56,904 nucleotides of DNA from a virus (lineage: Duplodnaviria > Caudoviricetes): the IMG/VR virus record IMGVR_UViG_3300015082_000001, positions 1 to 56,904 of that record; one strand, written 5' to 3'. The first letter of the stretch is position 1. Each line of letters opens with the position of its first letter. The translations under genes were made by a program, and so were the position numbers. Below, one piece after another: positions 9,645 through 21,200 of this stretch. The notes under the pieces are model-generated. The model was not told where the DNA came from, ran no database searches, and saw only the letters and a program-made list of their open reading frames with translations.

Positions 9645-10109
9645 ATGACACAAGGGTTAGAAAGCTGGGCAGCGGATGAGTTTATCTATGCCAAGCTGAA
9701 GAATGATTCAACACTCTTGACTTTGATTCAGGCAGTCTATACCAAGTATGGTCAGACTGTACCTACAGACCCTGAGATTTATGCAGATACAGTACCCCCA
9801 ACAGTTACCTTCCCCTATGTGAGTTTTCAACTGCGTACTCCCTGGCCTGATACGACAGTGGCTAATGGGGTGAGGATCTTTGCCAGGATGGATTACCTGG
9901 TCAAAGTAGTGGATCGAGCTCAATCCTATGCGGATATGGTTCCGATCTACAATCAGATAGACAAACTATTGCACCTAGCTACTGGGACAGTGGCTGATGG
10001 TGTAGTTCTATTTACTCAGAGGATGCAAATCTTCCGGTTCCCTGAGATAGATGATGCCATTCAGTATCGGCATCTGGGTGGCATTTACCGTCTTACTGTC
10101 CAAAGTTAG
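9645..10109 (+). CDS. tail terminator protein (DUF3168-like)
   Basis: IYADTVPPTVTFPYVSF motif; immediately before tail tube gene. Confidence 0.7.
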   Translation: MTQGLESWAADEFIYAKLKNDSTLLTLIQAVYTKYGQTVPTDPEIYADTVPPTVTFPYVSFQLRTPWPDTTVANGVRIFARMDYLVKVVDRAQSYADMVPIYNQIDKLLHLATGTVADGVVLFTQRMQIFRFPEIDDAIQYRHLGGIYRLTVQS

Positions 10110-10122
10110 CTAAAGGAGCGAC

Positions 10123-11364
10123 ATGGCAGAACGTAGTTATGTTGTACAGAAGACTAGTATTGGGGTGGAAACTACGCCTGGTACTGGGGTCCCTACTACG
10201 CAGCAACTTCAGACCCTGTCAGTTGATACTGAAGCTATGTCGACTGTCCAGGACTTTCGTCCCATCGGCTACAAATACATCACCACAGTAGCGCTTCAGA
10301 AAGAATGGGTGGTTGCTCCTGTTAAGGGCTACCCAGCTTTTTCGGATATCGTCTATCCCCTGAGCTCGGTCATCAATACTCCGGTCATTACTGAGTACAT
10401 GGATGGAGCAACTCACACGGGAGCATTCAAGTGGGTCTTCGACTCCAATGTCTCAACTGAAGATACTCCCAAGACCTTTACCATTGAACAGGGTTCTTCG
10501 GTTAGGGCACATAAGTTCACCAATGGAATCTTCCACGATATTGGACTCAAGTTTTCTCGATCTGCTGTTGAGCTCACGGGGAGTTTGCTCGCCCAGCGAC
10601 TTCAGGATAACATCGTCCTCACTAGCGGACTGACGCAGATTCCAATCGTCCCCATGCTCGCTTCTGGGTTCGATGTGTTTATCGACCCCACTTATGGTGC
10701 TCTGGGCACGACCAAAATGGGTCGGTTGTTCGATGGAGACTTCAAACTGAATAACCGGTTTGGGCCTCTCTGGGTCGTCGATTCCTCCCAGGCCTCGTTT
10801 GCGAACACGGTAGAACTTACCCCCACATCAACCTTTACGATGATCGTGGAAGCTGATGCGGCAGGCATGGCATACCTCAATACCATGCGTCGAGGCACCA
10901 CAGTTTTTGCGAGAATCAGAAATCTCTCATCAACTACTACTGGCGCCAACGTTGATGGTGTAGTGGCATACGCAGGTCGTCAAGATACTGTTGCCTCCTG
11001 GTCATCCGGGGCTACGGTCATCACTGACTCGGCCTGCGTCTCTGGGGATGCAGGAAAACCTGTAGCGGCTATCGCTGGGTCAACTGGAGGTATCCCTCCC
11101 GGCGCAACGGTGGGTGTGGTGACTGGAGGCGTCAGCTTTACACTGGTTGGTGGACCTACTACCTCTGCAGGAACTGGAGCTGCTATCGGGCAACAGATAC
11201 CTTACAGCAGTACCCTTGATGTTGCACTTAAGGTTAACAAGGTCGGTAAGTTCTCTGACCAAGAAGGTGTCTATGCCATCGAGTTTGACTTCACCACAGT
11301 AGCAGATGGTGCTTGGACTAAGGCCTTCCACTGGGAGGTCGTCAACACCCTCGCGGCCCTGTAA
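10123..11364 (+). CDS. major tail tube protein
   Basis: IGVETTPGT N-terminus, PKTFTIEQG; position before tail chaperones. Confidence 0.82.
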   Translation: MAERSYVVQKTSIGVETTPGTGVPTTQQLQTLSVDTEAMSTVQDFRPIGYKYITTVALQKEWVVAPVKGYPAFSDIVYPLSSVINTPVITEYMDGATHTGAFKWVFDSNVSTEDTPKTFTIEQGSSVRAHKFTNGIFHDIGLKFSRSAVELTGSLLAQRLQDNIVLTSGLTQIPIVPMLASGFDVFIDPTYGALGTTKMGRLFDGDFKLNNRFGPLWVVDSSQASFANTVELTPTSTFTMIVEADAAGMAYLNTMRRGTTVFARIRNLSSTTTGANVDGVVAYAGRQDTVASWSSGATVITDSACVSGDAGKPVAAIAGSTGGIPPGATVGVVTGGVSFTLVGGPTTSAGTGAAIGQQIPYSSTLDVALKVNKVGKFSDQEGVYAIEFDFTTVADGAWTKAFHWEVVNTLAAL

Positions 11365-11372
11365 GGAGAAAC

Positions 11373-11825
11373 ATGGGCATCAAGATGCATGAGATGGCTC
11401 GCGGTGAGGCTACTGCGATGTTCAACTGGGAAGGTCATACTATCCATGTAACCTTCAATCCAAATGACTACACTGCTCAGGCAGAAGCCGAGTGGACTGA
11501 GGTTGCTACCACGACTATGGGGGGTGAGACTGCCTGCGCTTTCGTGAAGAAACTCGTCAAGAAGTGGGATGTTTATGGCGATGTTGAGTTTGAGTTAGAT
11601 GGCAAGGGCAATCGAATCCCACACTCAGGTCGTCTGGTAGAGGGTGTGGAGGGTGTGCCTTTTCCTCTAGATGACATGGAGAAGCTTCGCTACATTCCTC
11701 TTGAGCTTCTAGGGGAGGCGGTGGACGCGATCCAACGCGAGATGATCGTGGGAAAAGCGATGAGACAGGCCTCAGAAGATGGCTCCGCCACGGCGGAGAT
11801 CCAACGTCGCCTGAGCACAACATAG
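11373..11825 (+). CDS. tail assembly chaperone (short form)
   Basis: between tube and tape measure genes; contains slippery GGGAAAA. Confidence 0.8.
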   Translation: MGIKMHEMARGEATAMFNWEGHTIHVTFNPNDYTAQAEAEWTEVATTTMGGETACAFVKKLVKKWDVYGDVEFELDGKGNRIPHSGRLVEGVEGVPFPLDDMEKLRYIPLELLGEAVDAIQREMIVGKAMRQASEDGSATAEIQRRLSTT

Positions 11826-12031
11826 GTGGGGGCTATTCACCCTGGTGGTATGAGTGGCTTCGTGCTGCGGATCGACTTCATACCACACCTTGGGGTCTAA
11901 TGGAGGTGGATAAGATCTCAGTTTTCTGGATCTCTGTAGGTGCCTGTGCTGACCGTTGTGAGGGTGATGCTAATGCCTATCAGCAGGCTCAGCTGAATAA
12001 CTCCATAGCCGCGATGGGAGGTGGAATGTGA
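11373..12031 (+). CDS. tail assembly chaperone, -1 frameshifted long form
   Basis: G-GGA-AAA at 11750-11756; the -1 frame stays open (..SDETGLRRWLRHGG..) to TGA 12031, overlapping the tape measure start. Confidence 0.8.
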
Positions 12032-14901
12032 GCTCAATGGGTTCTGGCTCTAGTGGTGGTGGAGGCGTAAACATTGCCCAGGTTAATGTTATCATGGGCG
12101 CAGATACCTCTAAGGCTGAGGCTGCAGCTGCTGGTCTTGCTCAGAGGATTGTTGAGGGTGCTCCTAAGGGAGCTACTGTAAACCAATGGGGAGCCTTCGG
12201 TAATACTGCTGCAGGTAGTAGTCGTATGGGGCTTATGGGTGTGCAGTCTTTGAATATGGCTATGGGTCCCGCTTCTCCCATCGGGCCCTTTGTCTCAAGC
12301 CTTTCTGCAGCGCAGTTTGGTCTCATGGCGATGGATACCAGTGGCCAAAAAGTTGAGAATCGCTTTCAGAAGATGGCGGTTGCTGGACAGAAGCTAGCAG
12401 GTGTGGGGATCATCATTGCTGGGCTGGGCGCAGTTATGACTCAGTTCGGTAAGCCCCTGCAAGAAGCTGAGGCAGCCCTGGGTGTGGCGATTCAGAATAC
12501 CACCGATAAGCTTACAGGGCAAGCTAATACTCTAGCTGCTTTCAAGACTCAGATTGCAGCAGCAGATGTAACTGGGCAAAAGTATGGTTTTACGATGGAT
12601 CAGGTTGCTAGTGCTCTGAGTAAGTTGACAGTCCAGACTAAAGATCCTAATGAGGCTCTGAAGGAGATGACCTTCACTGAGACTCTCGCAGTTGCTACGC
12701 ATCGCACCTTGTCTGATGCTGCAGATCAGGTAGGTCGTATGCACGCAGGTTTGTTTAGGTCCTTGCGACAGTTCGGTATTCAGTTGCCTAACATCACTAA
12801 CGGGGCTAAGGATCTAACTAAGGCTGAGAGTAACCTAACTAAAGAAACTGCAAAGTTAGCCCTAGATCAGCAAGCCTTAGCTGATTTCACTGCTAAGGTA
12901 GCAGATGCTATGGAGAAGTCTAAGGCTACTTGGGCAACTAAGGTAGCCACCGCAGATGCTACGGCTACGTCAGCAGATGCAGCATATCAGGCCGCTCAAC
13001 AGCGTCAACAGCAAACTCAGCAGGCCATGGATACTGCCCGAGTTCAAGGTATCCAAGATGCCAACCAAAAAGTTATTGATGCTACTGCAGCCTTGAATGA
13101 CATGCAGCAGGTATGGGCGGATACTGACATAGCTCGCTCTCAGGCTATTGCGGATGCTCGGGCGGCAGCTGCTACTACCACATTGAACTCGATACAGAGT
13201 TTGCAGGACAAAGAAGAAGAGTATGCCATGACTCCAGCGAAGACTGGAGCAGAGCAGTTTGCTCGTATGGTAACTCTGAGAGATATGGCGCGGACAGTAG
13301 CTGCGAATAAGGCTAAGGAACTTGAGGCAGCTGAGTTAGTAGTAGTTTCAACTGCAGAACAGGTTAAAAGAAACCAGGCACAGCTCAAGGCTCAGCAGGC
13401 CATTGTTCTATCTCAGCAGGCGCAGGTCAAAGCTGAAGAGGCAGCTACGAAGGCGACTGAGGCGAATGTTAAGGCAGTTCAGTCAGTGGCTAAAGCCTTT
13501 GAGAAGATGAATGCGGATAAGGCAAAACTGACTACGGCACAGGCTGGAGAAGCTGCTGCTGGTACTATGACTGACCCTGAAGCAATCCAACAGCGGAAAC
13601 TTCTCGCTAAGATTGCTACGGATCAGAAAGGTATTGATGCGGCTAATGCTCTAAAGAAGAGTGCTCTCGATCAGGATGCCAAACTTCAGGCCGCTTTCCT
13701 TGTAGCCGAGGGTAGATTTATGGCTAAGGAGAAAGGACTGCTTGAGGCTAGGCAGAAAACTTGGGCAGGACATCTCTCAGCTATAACTGCTACAATCAAA
13801 AACATAGCAGAGCAGTCAGGCAAATGGGCACCTCAGGTTTTGGCTGGAGGCATGGGCATCAGTGCCATCGGCGGAATGATGGATATCCTAGGTAAACTAG
13901 GGGGTCACTTTGGTAAGGCGGGTAAAGCAGCAGAGGAGATGGAGAGGGTAGCAGGCAAAGCTGGGGCAATGGGAAAGTTGGAAGGTGAGGGGGTCAAGCT
14001 TTCAACCACCTTTGGACCAGTAGTCTCAGGTATGGGTGGCCACTTTGCTAAGATAGCTGAGGGTGCCAAAGGCATGGCAGGTAAAGTTGGAGGTGTTATC
14101 TCAGGTATCGGGCCTATGTTTGAGAGTCTCGGGACGATTCTACTGGGGCCTGTAGGGATCATTATCCTCGTTATTGCGGGGATAGCCCTAGCTGGATATC
14201 TCATCTACCGAAACTGGGGAACTATCAGCAAAGGACTAGCAGCGACATGGAACTGGATTGCCAAGGAGGCATCCGGGATTTGGAATGGCATTACCTCCTT
14301 CTTCCGCAATGTCGGTCGAGGATTTGAATCTGTAGTAGGGGATATTGTAGGCTTCTTCGAGAAACTACCAGGTCGAGTCCTTAATGCTCTTCTATTCCTG
14401 CCTAGATTGCTTCTAAAGGTGGGTATAGATATGATGCAAGGATTGTGGAATGGTATCCAGAGTATGGGGGGCTATATTCTGCAGGGTATAAAAAGCCTTG
14501 TTGAGAAGGTTATCCCTGGTCCAATCAAAAGTATTCTGGGCATCCATAGTCCTTCCGCAGTTATGCATGGTCTTGGTCAGCAGATCATGGATGGGCTGCA
14601 CCAAGGTATGTTGTCTAAGGCTGATCTGATAAAGTCCACTACTGAGCAGATTGCTAAGAGTACTGTGTTTGATCCTAAGAAACTTCTCACGACTGGGGCT
14701 GGAGCTGGTAGTATAACCCCTTTCAATGGAGTAGCTGCTGGGGCTACTACTCAAGGGCAAACTGTTAATGTGAACTTTACCATGCCTGTTGCTGGGACTA
14801 TCACTTCAGAGAAAGATCTCATGGCACATGTTAAAGAGTTCATCCAGAAAGGTGCACAACAGTCAGGTGGCCTTGCGCGATTCCTCTCAGTGCAACCATG
14901 A
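12028..14901 (+). CDS. tape measure protein
   Basis: 957 aa, Ala/Gln-rich helical, TM-like segments, W-periodic repeats, LGIHSPS motif. Confidence 0.92.
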   Translation: MSSMGSGSSGGGGVNIAQVNVIMGADTSKAEAAAAGLAQRIVEGAPKGATVNQWGAFGNTAAGSSRMGLMGVQSLNMAMGPASPIGPFVSSLSAAQFGLMAMDTSGQKVENRFQKMAVAGQKLAGVGIIIAGLGAVMTQFGKPLQEAEAALGVAIQNTTDKLTGQANTLAAFKTQIAAADVTGQKYGFTMDQVASALSKLTVQTKDPNEALKEMTFTETLAVATHRTLSDAADQVGRMHAGLFRSLRQFGIQLPNITNGAKDLTKAESNLTKETAKLALDQQALADFTAKVADAMEKSKATWATKVATADATATSADAAYQAAQQRQQQTQQAMDTARVQGIQDANQKVIDATAALNDMQQVWADTDIARSQAIADARAAAATTTLNSIQSLQDKEEEYAMTPAKTGAEQFARMVTLRDMARTVAANKAKELEAAELVVVSTAEQVKRNQAQLKAQQAIVLSQQAQVKAEEAATKATEANVKAVQSVAKAFEKMNADKAKLTTAQAGEAAAGTMTDPEAIQQRKLLAKIATDQKGIDAANALKKSALDQDAKLQAAFLVAEGRFMAKEKGLLEARQKTWAGHLSAITATIKNIAEQSGKWAPQVLAGGMGISAIGGMMDILGKLGGHFGKAGKAAEEMERVAGKAGAMGKLEGEGVKLSTTFGPVVSGMGGHFAKIAEGAKGMAGKVGGVISGIGPMFESLGTILLGPVGIIILVIAGIALAGYLIYRNWGTISKGLAATWNWIAKEASGIWNGITSFFRNVGRGFESVVGDIVGFFEKLPGRVLNALLFLPRLLLKVGIDMMQGLWNGIQSMGGYILQGIKSLVEKVIPGPIKSILGIHSPSAVMHGLGQQIMDGLHQGMLSKADLIKSTTEQIAKSTVFDPKKLLTTGAGAGSITPFNGVAAGATTQGQTVNVNFTMPVAGTITSEKDLMAHVKEFIQKGAQQSGGLARFLSVQP

Positions 14902-17393
14902 CCCTCAATGCCAGAGCTCAACTACTTGTCGCATTCCCGAATGGGTTGTTTGATCCCACACCCACCTATAGTGATATAACCCCAGATGTTCGGGATGATA
15001 GTCCACTTAAGGTCAGTCGGGGTCGTACTAATGAGTTAAGTAAGTTTGATACAGGGAGTCTTGACTGTATCTTGGACAATCGGCATCGTCATTACGACCC
15101 CACTAACGCGGGCAACATTGCACCCTATGCTGGGAATATCTTCCCCCTAAAGCCGACTCAGCTTGTGGGTGAATACCCTTGGTTGCCTGGCCTGCTACCT
15201 GAGGAGGGTGCTAGGAACTCCGGATGGGCCGTCAGTGCAAATGGCACTGGGCTCGCTCTCAGTTCCACTGATGGCTACCTAACTGGTCTCCAGCCTCCTA
15301 AGGCATTGACGTGGACATCAGTAGGGGCAGGGGCGAGTAGTCTCCTTGGTCCTAGTCTACCTTGTATTGCAGGACAATATCTCACCTTCCACTTCCGAGG
15401 GCGATCTCTTACTGCTGCCAGAAATATGATTGCGGGGCTACATTTCTATGATGTTAGCTCAGCAACTGTTTCAACCCCAGTAGGAACTGCAGTATCTTGT
15501 ACCACACCCTCCTGGGGAGGGGCAGTAAAGATAACAATCGTGGTACCCTCTGGCGCAGTTACAGTAAAGCCTACAATAACTGCAACTGCAGTAGGGGGCG
15601 GAGAGGTCTTCGAGGCAGATTGCCTGGTACTAGATAATACTTCTGCCTATATCCGCAAAACCTTGTTTCAGGCTTACGCGGATGACTGGAAACAACTATG
15701 GAAGGGTCGAGATGCTTGGGTAGTCTTTAGAGCCTTTGATGCCATGGCAACTTTTGCCGCTAAAGATATTAACTCAGTGGGGTATGTTACTGCAGTTCAA
15801 GCTTTAACACCTAGTCACTATTGGCGACTTAGCAATGGACTAAACTATATAGGTACTACTACCCCTGACCTGGGGAGTGTACCTACCCCGGCTAACATTG
15901 TAGGCTCGGTAACTTTTGGAGTACCCGGCCCTCTCTTAGCTGATCTAGGGAGTGCTGCAGGGTTCTTTAATGAGCCACCTTTCGCTGGGTATGTTGACTG
16001 CGGTAATGTTGCAGCAATGACCACAATAGCCTATGCTCTAGGGTTCTGGCTTCAGACCCCCACTGCCCCGGGTGGTATTGTGTGGACTCAGGGTGATCCT
16101 ACTGATCCTCTGTCAAGCTTCGGGTCTATTACTATTACTGCTAATGCCGCAGTACCTGGGGGGTATACTTTCCATGCTTGGTTTTGGCCTAGCGGTACGG
16201 GAACGGGGCTTAAGACTGAAGTAGCCTTTGACTTTGTGCCTCCTAATGTTCAACCAGATCTGATTCACCCTGGCTCATTTCTGCCTGGTGACTTCTTCGA
16301 TACTAACTGGCATCAGGTGTGGCTGATGAGATCCTCAGACCAAAAAACTTATAGCATTTGGGTTGATGGTCTTCAAGTAAAATGCCACATGAACTATCTT
16401 GGTATGGGTTATCAGGGTAGCGATGGACTTAGTGCGGTAGCTTTTGGGACTATGCCCTATCCTCCCTCTCGGTGTCTCTTCGCTGGGAATAATGGGCAGC
16501 CGACCATGTTTGGGCAAGGCTGCGAGATTGCAGTTTATCAGGGCTCAGTTTTAACTGGAGCTCAGGTAGCAAACCTATATGCTCTTGCTAGGCAAGCATG
16601 GTTTGGACAATCTCCGGGGCAGCGGGTTGGAGCAGTTCTAGATGTTGTAGGGTTTCCTTCGAGCATGAGACTACTTGATCCAGGCAGTTCTACCTTGATG
16701 CCTGAGGTGGGTGATCTTCAGAAGGTTAATGCTCTGGATTATATTCACTATGTTGAAGATAGTGAACTAGGTTGGTTCTTTGTTGATGCCGCAGGTAATG
16801 CCCGGTTTATAGCCAGAAATAGTTTCACGAGACCGCCGCTTAATGCTGTTTCTTATACTGTGGGTGACATATGGCCACCTAGTAATACTGAGTTGCCTCT
16901 CGAGGATACTGACATTGATTATGGCAGTACTCTAGTTTATACAGAGGCTGAGGGGACTAGGCAAGGTGGGGATACACAGTATGTGTATGCGGATCAAGGG
17001 ACCCTTGATGGCTACGGTAAAAGGACCATCAGTTTAACCAATATGCTCAACACCAGTGACCAGGAAGTCATTGGTCTTCTAACCTACCTGGTTCAACAGT
17101 ATAAAACTCCTCGGTTGCGGATTCAGAAACTGATCCTCAACCCCTTGGATAACGACCTTGTATGGCAGATGGTATTGAACATAGAGATAGGGATGGTCAT
17201 CGAGATAAAGTTGAGACCTCCAGGTGGAGGCGACCCTATCCAGGCAACTGGTCGCATCCAGCACATTGACCATACCATCAGTAAAAAGAAATGGGTATGC
17301 GAGGTAGCTCTTGCATCTACCGATGTTCAAAACTATCTGATCCTCGATGACTCAGCTCGAGGGTTGCTCGATTCTTCTAATCTGTACGCCTAG
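14898..17393 (+). CDS. minor tail/baseplate protein with inserted CBM-like and LamG-like domains
   Basis: SRGRTNEL..G.L..ILDN N-terminus; PSHYWRL, WHQVWL..IWVDG LamG-type motifs. Confidence 0.75.
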   Translation: MTLNARAQLLVAFPNGLFDPTPTYSDITPDVRDDSPLKVSRGRTNELSKFDTGSLDCILDNRHRHYDPTNAGNIAPYAGNIFPLKPTQLVGEYPWLPGLLPEEGARNSGWAVSANGTGLALSSTDGYLTGLQPPKALTWTSVGAGASSLLGPSLPCIAGQYLTFHFRGRSLTAARNMIAGLHFYDVSSATVSTPVGTAVSCTTPSWGGAVKITIVVPSGAVTVKPTITATAVGGGEVFEADCLVLDNTSAYIRKTLFQAYADDWKQLWKGRDAWVVFRAFDAMATFAAKDINSVGYVTAVQALTPSHYWRLSNGLNYIGTTTPDLGSVPTPANIVGSVTFGVPGPLLADLGSAAGFFNEPPFAGYVDCGNVAAMTTIAYALGFWLQTPTAPGGIVWTQGDPTDPLSSFGSITITANAAVPGGYTFHAWFWPSGTGTGLKTEVAFDFVPPNVQPDLIHPGSFLPGDFFDTNWHQVWLMRSSDQKTYSIWVDGLQVKCHMNYLGMGYQGSDGLSAVAFGTMPYPPSRCLFAGNNGQPTMFGQGCEIAVYQGSVLTGAQVANLYALARQAWFGQSPGQRVGAVLDVVGFPSSMRLLDPGSSTLMPEVGDLQKVNALDYIHYVEDSELGWFFVDAAGNARFIARNSFTRPPLNAVSYTVGDIWPPSNTELPLEDTDIDYGSTLVYTEAEGTRQGGDTQYVYADQGTLDGYGKRTISLTNMLNTSDQEVIGLLTYLVQQYKTPRLRIQKLILNPLDNDLVWQMVLNIEIGMVIEIKLRPPGGGDPIQATGRIQHIDHTISKKKWVCEVALASTDVQNYLILDDSARGLLDSSNLYA

Positions 17394-17411
17394 TATACCT
17401 AAGAAGGGACT

Positions 17412-17855
17412 ATGATCCTTGTAGCCGAAGACTATTATACTCCCGTTGAAAGCATACCCGCTGCTGGGTGGGCCTATGTTACTTTTAGGAAAAGCAGAGG
17501 ACTCTCCACTGACCTACCTTCAGAAGTGTCGGAACTTTTGAGCGTCCAAGCTCATGTCAACGCTGGACGCTGGAGTATCCTTTGCCCATGGTGCCCAGGG
17601 AGTGAGTATGCCTCTCGGACAGACCATCGGTTCCTCTGCGCTAACTGTTGTAACGTAGAGGTAGAAGGTAAGTGGATCACCGTAGAGTGGCCCGCCCCTA
17701 TACTAGTGGAAGCGATCGAAGCAATCTTAAGTCTTCGAGGACGTCCTGAGACACAATGGTGGAATCCAGGCGAAACTCTTGCTCAACTTGTAGAGGAGAA
17801 TGAGCAACATAGTATTGAGACGCGGAATACCCTAAGGCTAGGTAAGGTCTTTTGA
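17412..17855 (+). CDS. Cys-rich (CPWC/CANC) hypothetical protein in tail operon
   Basis: ORF with RBS and two CxxC pairs. Confidence 0.6.
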   Translation: MILVAEDYYTPVESIPAAGWAYVTFRKSRGLSTDLPSEVSELLSVQAHVNAGRWSILCPWCPGSEYASRTDHRFLCANCCNVEVEGKWITVEWPAPILVEAIEAILSLRGRPETQWWNPGETLAQLVEENEQHSIETRNTLRLGKVF

Positions 17856-18262
17856 CCTGGAATGCTACCAAGACTTGGAACACAGGGGACATGTTTACCT
17901 CCGTCGATGCTAACGCATACTGGCGGGATAACATAGCTTACCTGGGTGACCAAGCGCCTTGGGTGATCCCCACACTGTCAGCAGGGATCTCTCAAGATCT
18001 TATGTATATGAAGGCCGGCGGTGTGGTCTACATGAAGGGTGGCATCTTTGCCCCGATTGGTACAGTAATCTTTACCCTACCCTCTGGATTTATTCCCCCT
18101 ATGCCTGGAGCTGGACCCTATATGTTTCTTGTTAGTACAGAAAGTGCTCCAGCTATGAGTGTGATTAGCAGTGGAGGTGTGGTAACCCACCTTGTAGAGG
18201 GGAACATGGATGCTGGTAATGTTTATGCCTCATACTCTGGCGTATTCTTTGGGTGGGTCTGA
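17852..18262 (+). CDS. minor tail protein
   Basis: W..KTW N-terminal module plus VYMKG..IFTLPSGFIP fibre-tip motif. Confidence 0.7.
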   Translation: MTWNATKTWNTGDMFTSVDANAYWRDNIAYLGDQAPWVIPTLSAGISQDLMYMKAGGVVYMKGGIFAPIGTVIFTLPSGFIPPMPGAGPYMFLVSTESAPAMSVISSGGVVTHLVEGNMDAGNVYASYSGVFFGWV

Positions 18263-21200
18263 TGGGTAACTGGGTTTATAAGGGGTCTGTAGCAGATAAC
18301 TGCGGCGCAGTTACTACAGATACTGGGTTTACTTTCCATGCACCTCCGGGAGGATCTCTGGGTGATGTTCTGGTAGTTTGGCTCATTACCGAGAATCTCA
18401 GTACTTTGGACTTATCTGCTGTAGCATCTACTGGAGGTATTAATGAGTTAGTACCTCCTATAAGTGGTCCTGAGATGGATGAGCCTATAGGGTGGCATGC
18501 TATCTACTCGGACATCATTCATCCCATATCCGGGCAACCTCTACAGGCTATACTACTAGGGAAACTATTTTACCCTGGTGATATAGGTAAGACTTGGCAT
18601 GTAGGGTTTACTGGTACTGGAACATGGGCTTGGGCTTCTGGACTTTGGGCGGGTACTGCTCAGCTTAATAGGTTTGGCGATCCTATTATGCAGATACAGG
18701 GGCCTAACAAGATTGATCGTAGTAATCCCCTAACTCTTGGCCCTACCCATTATGGTGGCGACGAATCAGGGGGAGGACCTAGTCATACTTTCGGTGCTCT
18801 CTCAAGATTATACTCTCAGTGGCCTGCGGGAGATCATCCCGGAGATGGGGATTATGTTATTCTTACTTACACTATTTTTGATCCAACTAATACTGTAGAT
18901 ATTACTCTCCCTTCCGACTGGGTTTTAATAGAGCGAGTACTTGGAACGGGTTCAGGCGGTTTTGTTCATATAGCATTGGGGCATGTATGGAATGCCGCGG
19001 TTGATGAGGTCATTGTACAGAATGTAGATAACTGGGGTGTCTGGGAAGCTTGTACTTTTTTCCCTCTAAGTTTTGACTGTAGTTGGGTTGGTTTTTGGTG
19101 GTCTTGGCCGGGTGTTGATTCTTTAGGCGCTCATGCTTCAGTAGGAACTACTTCAGATACTATTACCATAGTAGTTCCATCAATAACCACTACTACCCCA
19201 GATGCCACGATTGTAGTACTTCACGGTCGATCAGGTTCTAACTACCCTGGAGTAACTTTTACTAACCCTACTGGGCTCATCAGTCTCTATGGAGCTACTT
19301 CGCTTACTCCCTCACCTTTAGGGTTTGCAGGAACTTTGCATACTGCAGGAGCAACTGGAGTTACTGATATAGAGAACTTTGATGACTTTACCAATAGCCC
19401 TGAAGCTGTTACATGTACCGGTATAGTCCTAGCTCTTGAGGGAGTACCTCCTACTTCTACAACTATCAACTTCGGGTCAGCTGATGACAGTGCATCCACA
19501 CCTCCTGAGACTGATGCACTCTTGGTAGTAGCTGCGGGACTTGGTGGGGGAGGTCAGATTGGGGGTGCTCCTACCGGATGTACTGAGAGGATACGTAGTG
19601 ATTCAACTCATCTTTCTCTATCTCTCTCAGAACATGTACTAACTACAGATATTAGTACTCCAGGTACTATCGCAGTTAGTAGTGCTGTAGGAGCCCCTTG
19701 GATTACTGTAGCTCAGATGCTTCGATCTTTCCAGTGGGCTAATGACATAGCAACTGCTGGAGCACCCGTATTAACTGGGGCAGCTACTGCTACCAATACT
19801 GTAGATCTTAGTTGGACTGCCGCCACTGCTGCGTTTGGCGCCATCACTGAGTATGATATTCTTAGAGATGATGGTGCTGGTGGTCCAATGGTGGCTTTGG
19901 CTACAGTCGCCGGGGCTATGCTCGTATACCATGATCGAACTTCAGCTTACAGTAAAACCTATAACTATGAGGTGTATGGGAAAGCTTCTGGGATTTCTGG
20001 GGCTATGTCCAATGTTGTAACAGTAACTACCCCTTCTAGTGGGCCGGTATCACCTCCCTCAATCCCCACTGGACTTAGGTATACACTAAACAATGGGACA
20101 GAGGTTGATCTTGTATGGAACCCTTCAGTCCCAGGTAGTTCCGCAATCACTGGGTATACTATCTATCAAGATGGTGTTCCAATAGGGACCTCAGTTCATC
20201 CGAGCTACCATGATACCAGTGTTCAGCCTGCGACGACTTACACTTACACTGTCGATTGCTATGATGCTAATGGGGCACAATCTGGAGAATCATTACCCCT
20301 CTCTGTAACCACACCTAACATCGGGCCTGATGTAACTCTACCCAGTATTCCAACTGCGTTAGCTGCCACACCTATCTCTGGTACTGAGATTGACCTGACC
20401 TGGACTGCATCCACTGACCCTGATAGCCCAGCATTAGGTTATACGATCTACCGAGATACCAATCCTGTAGGCGCAGTAACTGGTACATCTTTTGCGGATC
20501 ATGGGTTAACACCCAGTACTTTATATACTTACAATGTCGATGCCTATGATCCTGCTGGTAATCACTCAGCCCAGTCACCCAATGCCTCTGCAACAACTCT
20601 TGCAGATACCGGCCCTTCTGCCCCTGGTGGATTGACAGGGTTTGCTAATGGACCCTATGGAGTATGTCTTGCCTGGTCTGTAGCAACTGCAGGGAGTCAC
20701 GCAGTAGCTGGATATACAGTCCTTAGAGACGCGGTAGTGATTGGAACTACTACAGCCCTCAAGTTTACCGATGTAACCTGCGACCCTGCTCGGACTTATG
20801 TTTACACAGTTCAGGCATTCGATACTATAGGCCTTGTCTCTGCGGCATCCTCGGGCCTAAGTCTAACCACACAATCTACTCTTTGGACTCCCCCGAAGGT
20901 TTGGGAGCTAAGTGATCCAGCCACCAGCATTGAACTCAATACCTATGGCCGAGATAACCTTCTACATCTAAAGGGTACTACTTGGACCTCATTTACTTAC
21001 CTTAATAGCTTTACTGGGTATCATGGTGATGCTCAGTATCGTCGGCTAGGGCCGTGGATCTATCTTCAAGGTATGGTTGCAGGTCCAGCAAACAATGCAA
21101 TCTGTACTCGACTTCCTCCAGGTTTCTGCCCTTTGAGGGAGGTTGTCAAGATAGTATGGGGCAGGATTGGGGCAATGAACGTCGGTCCTATGAGAGTAAA

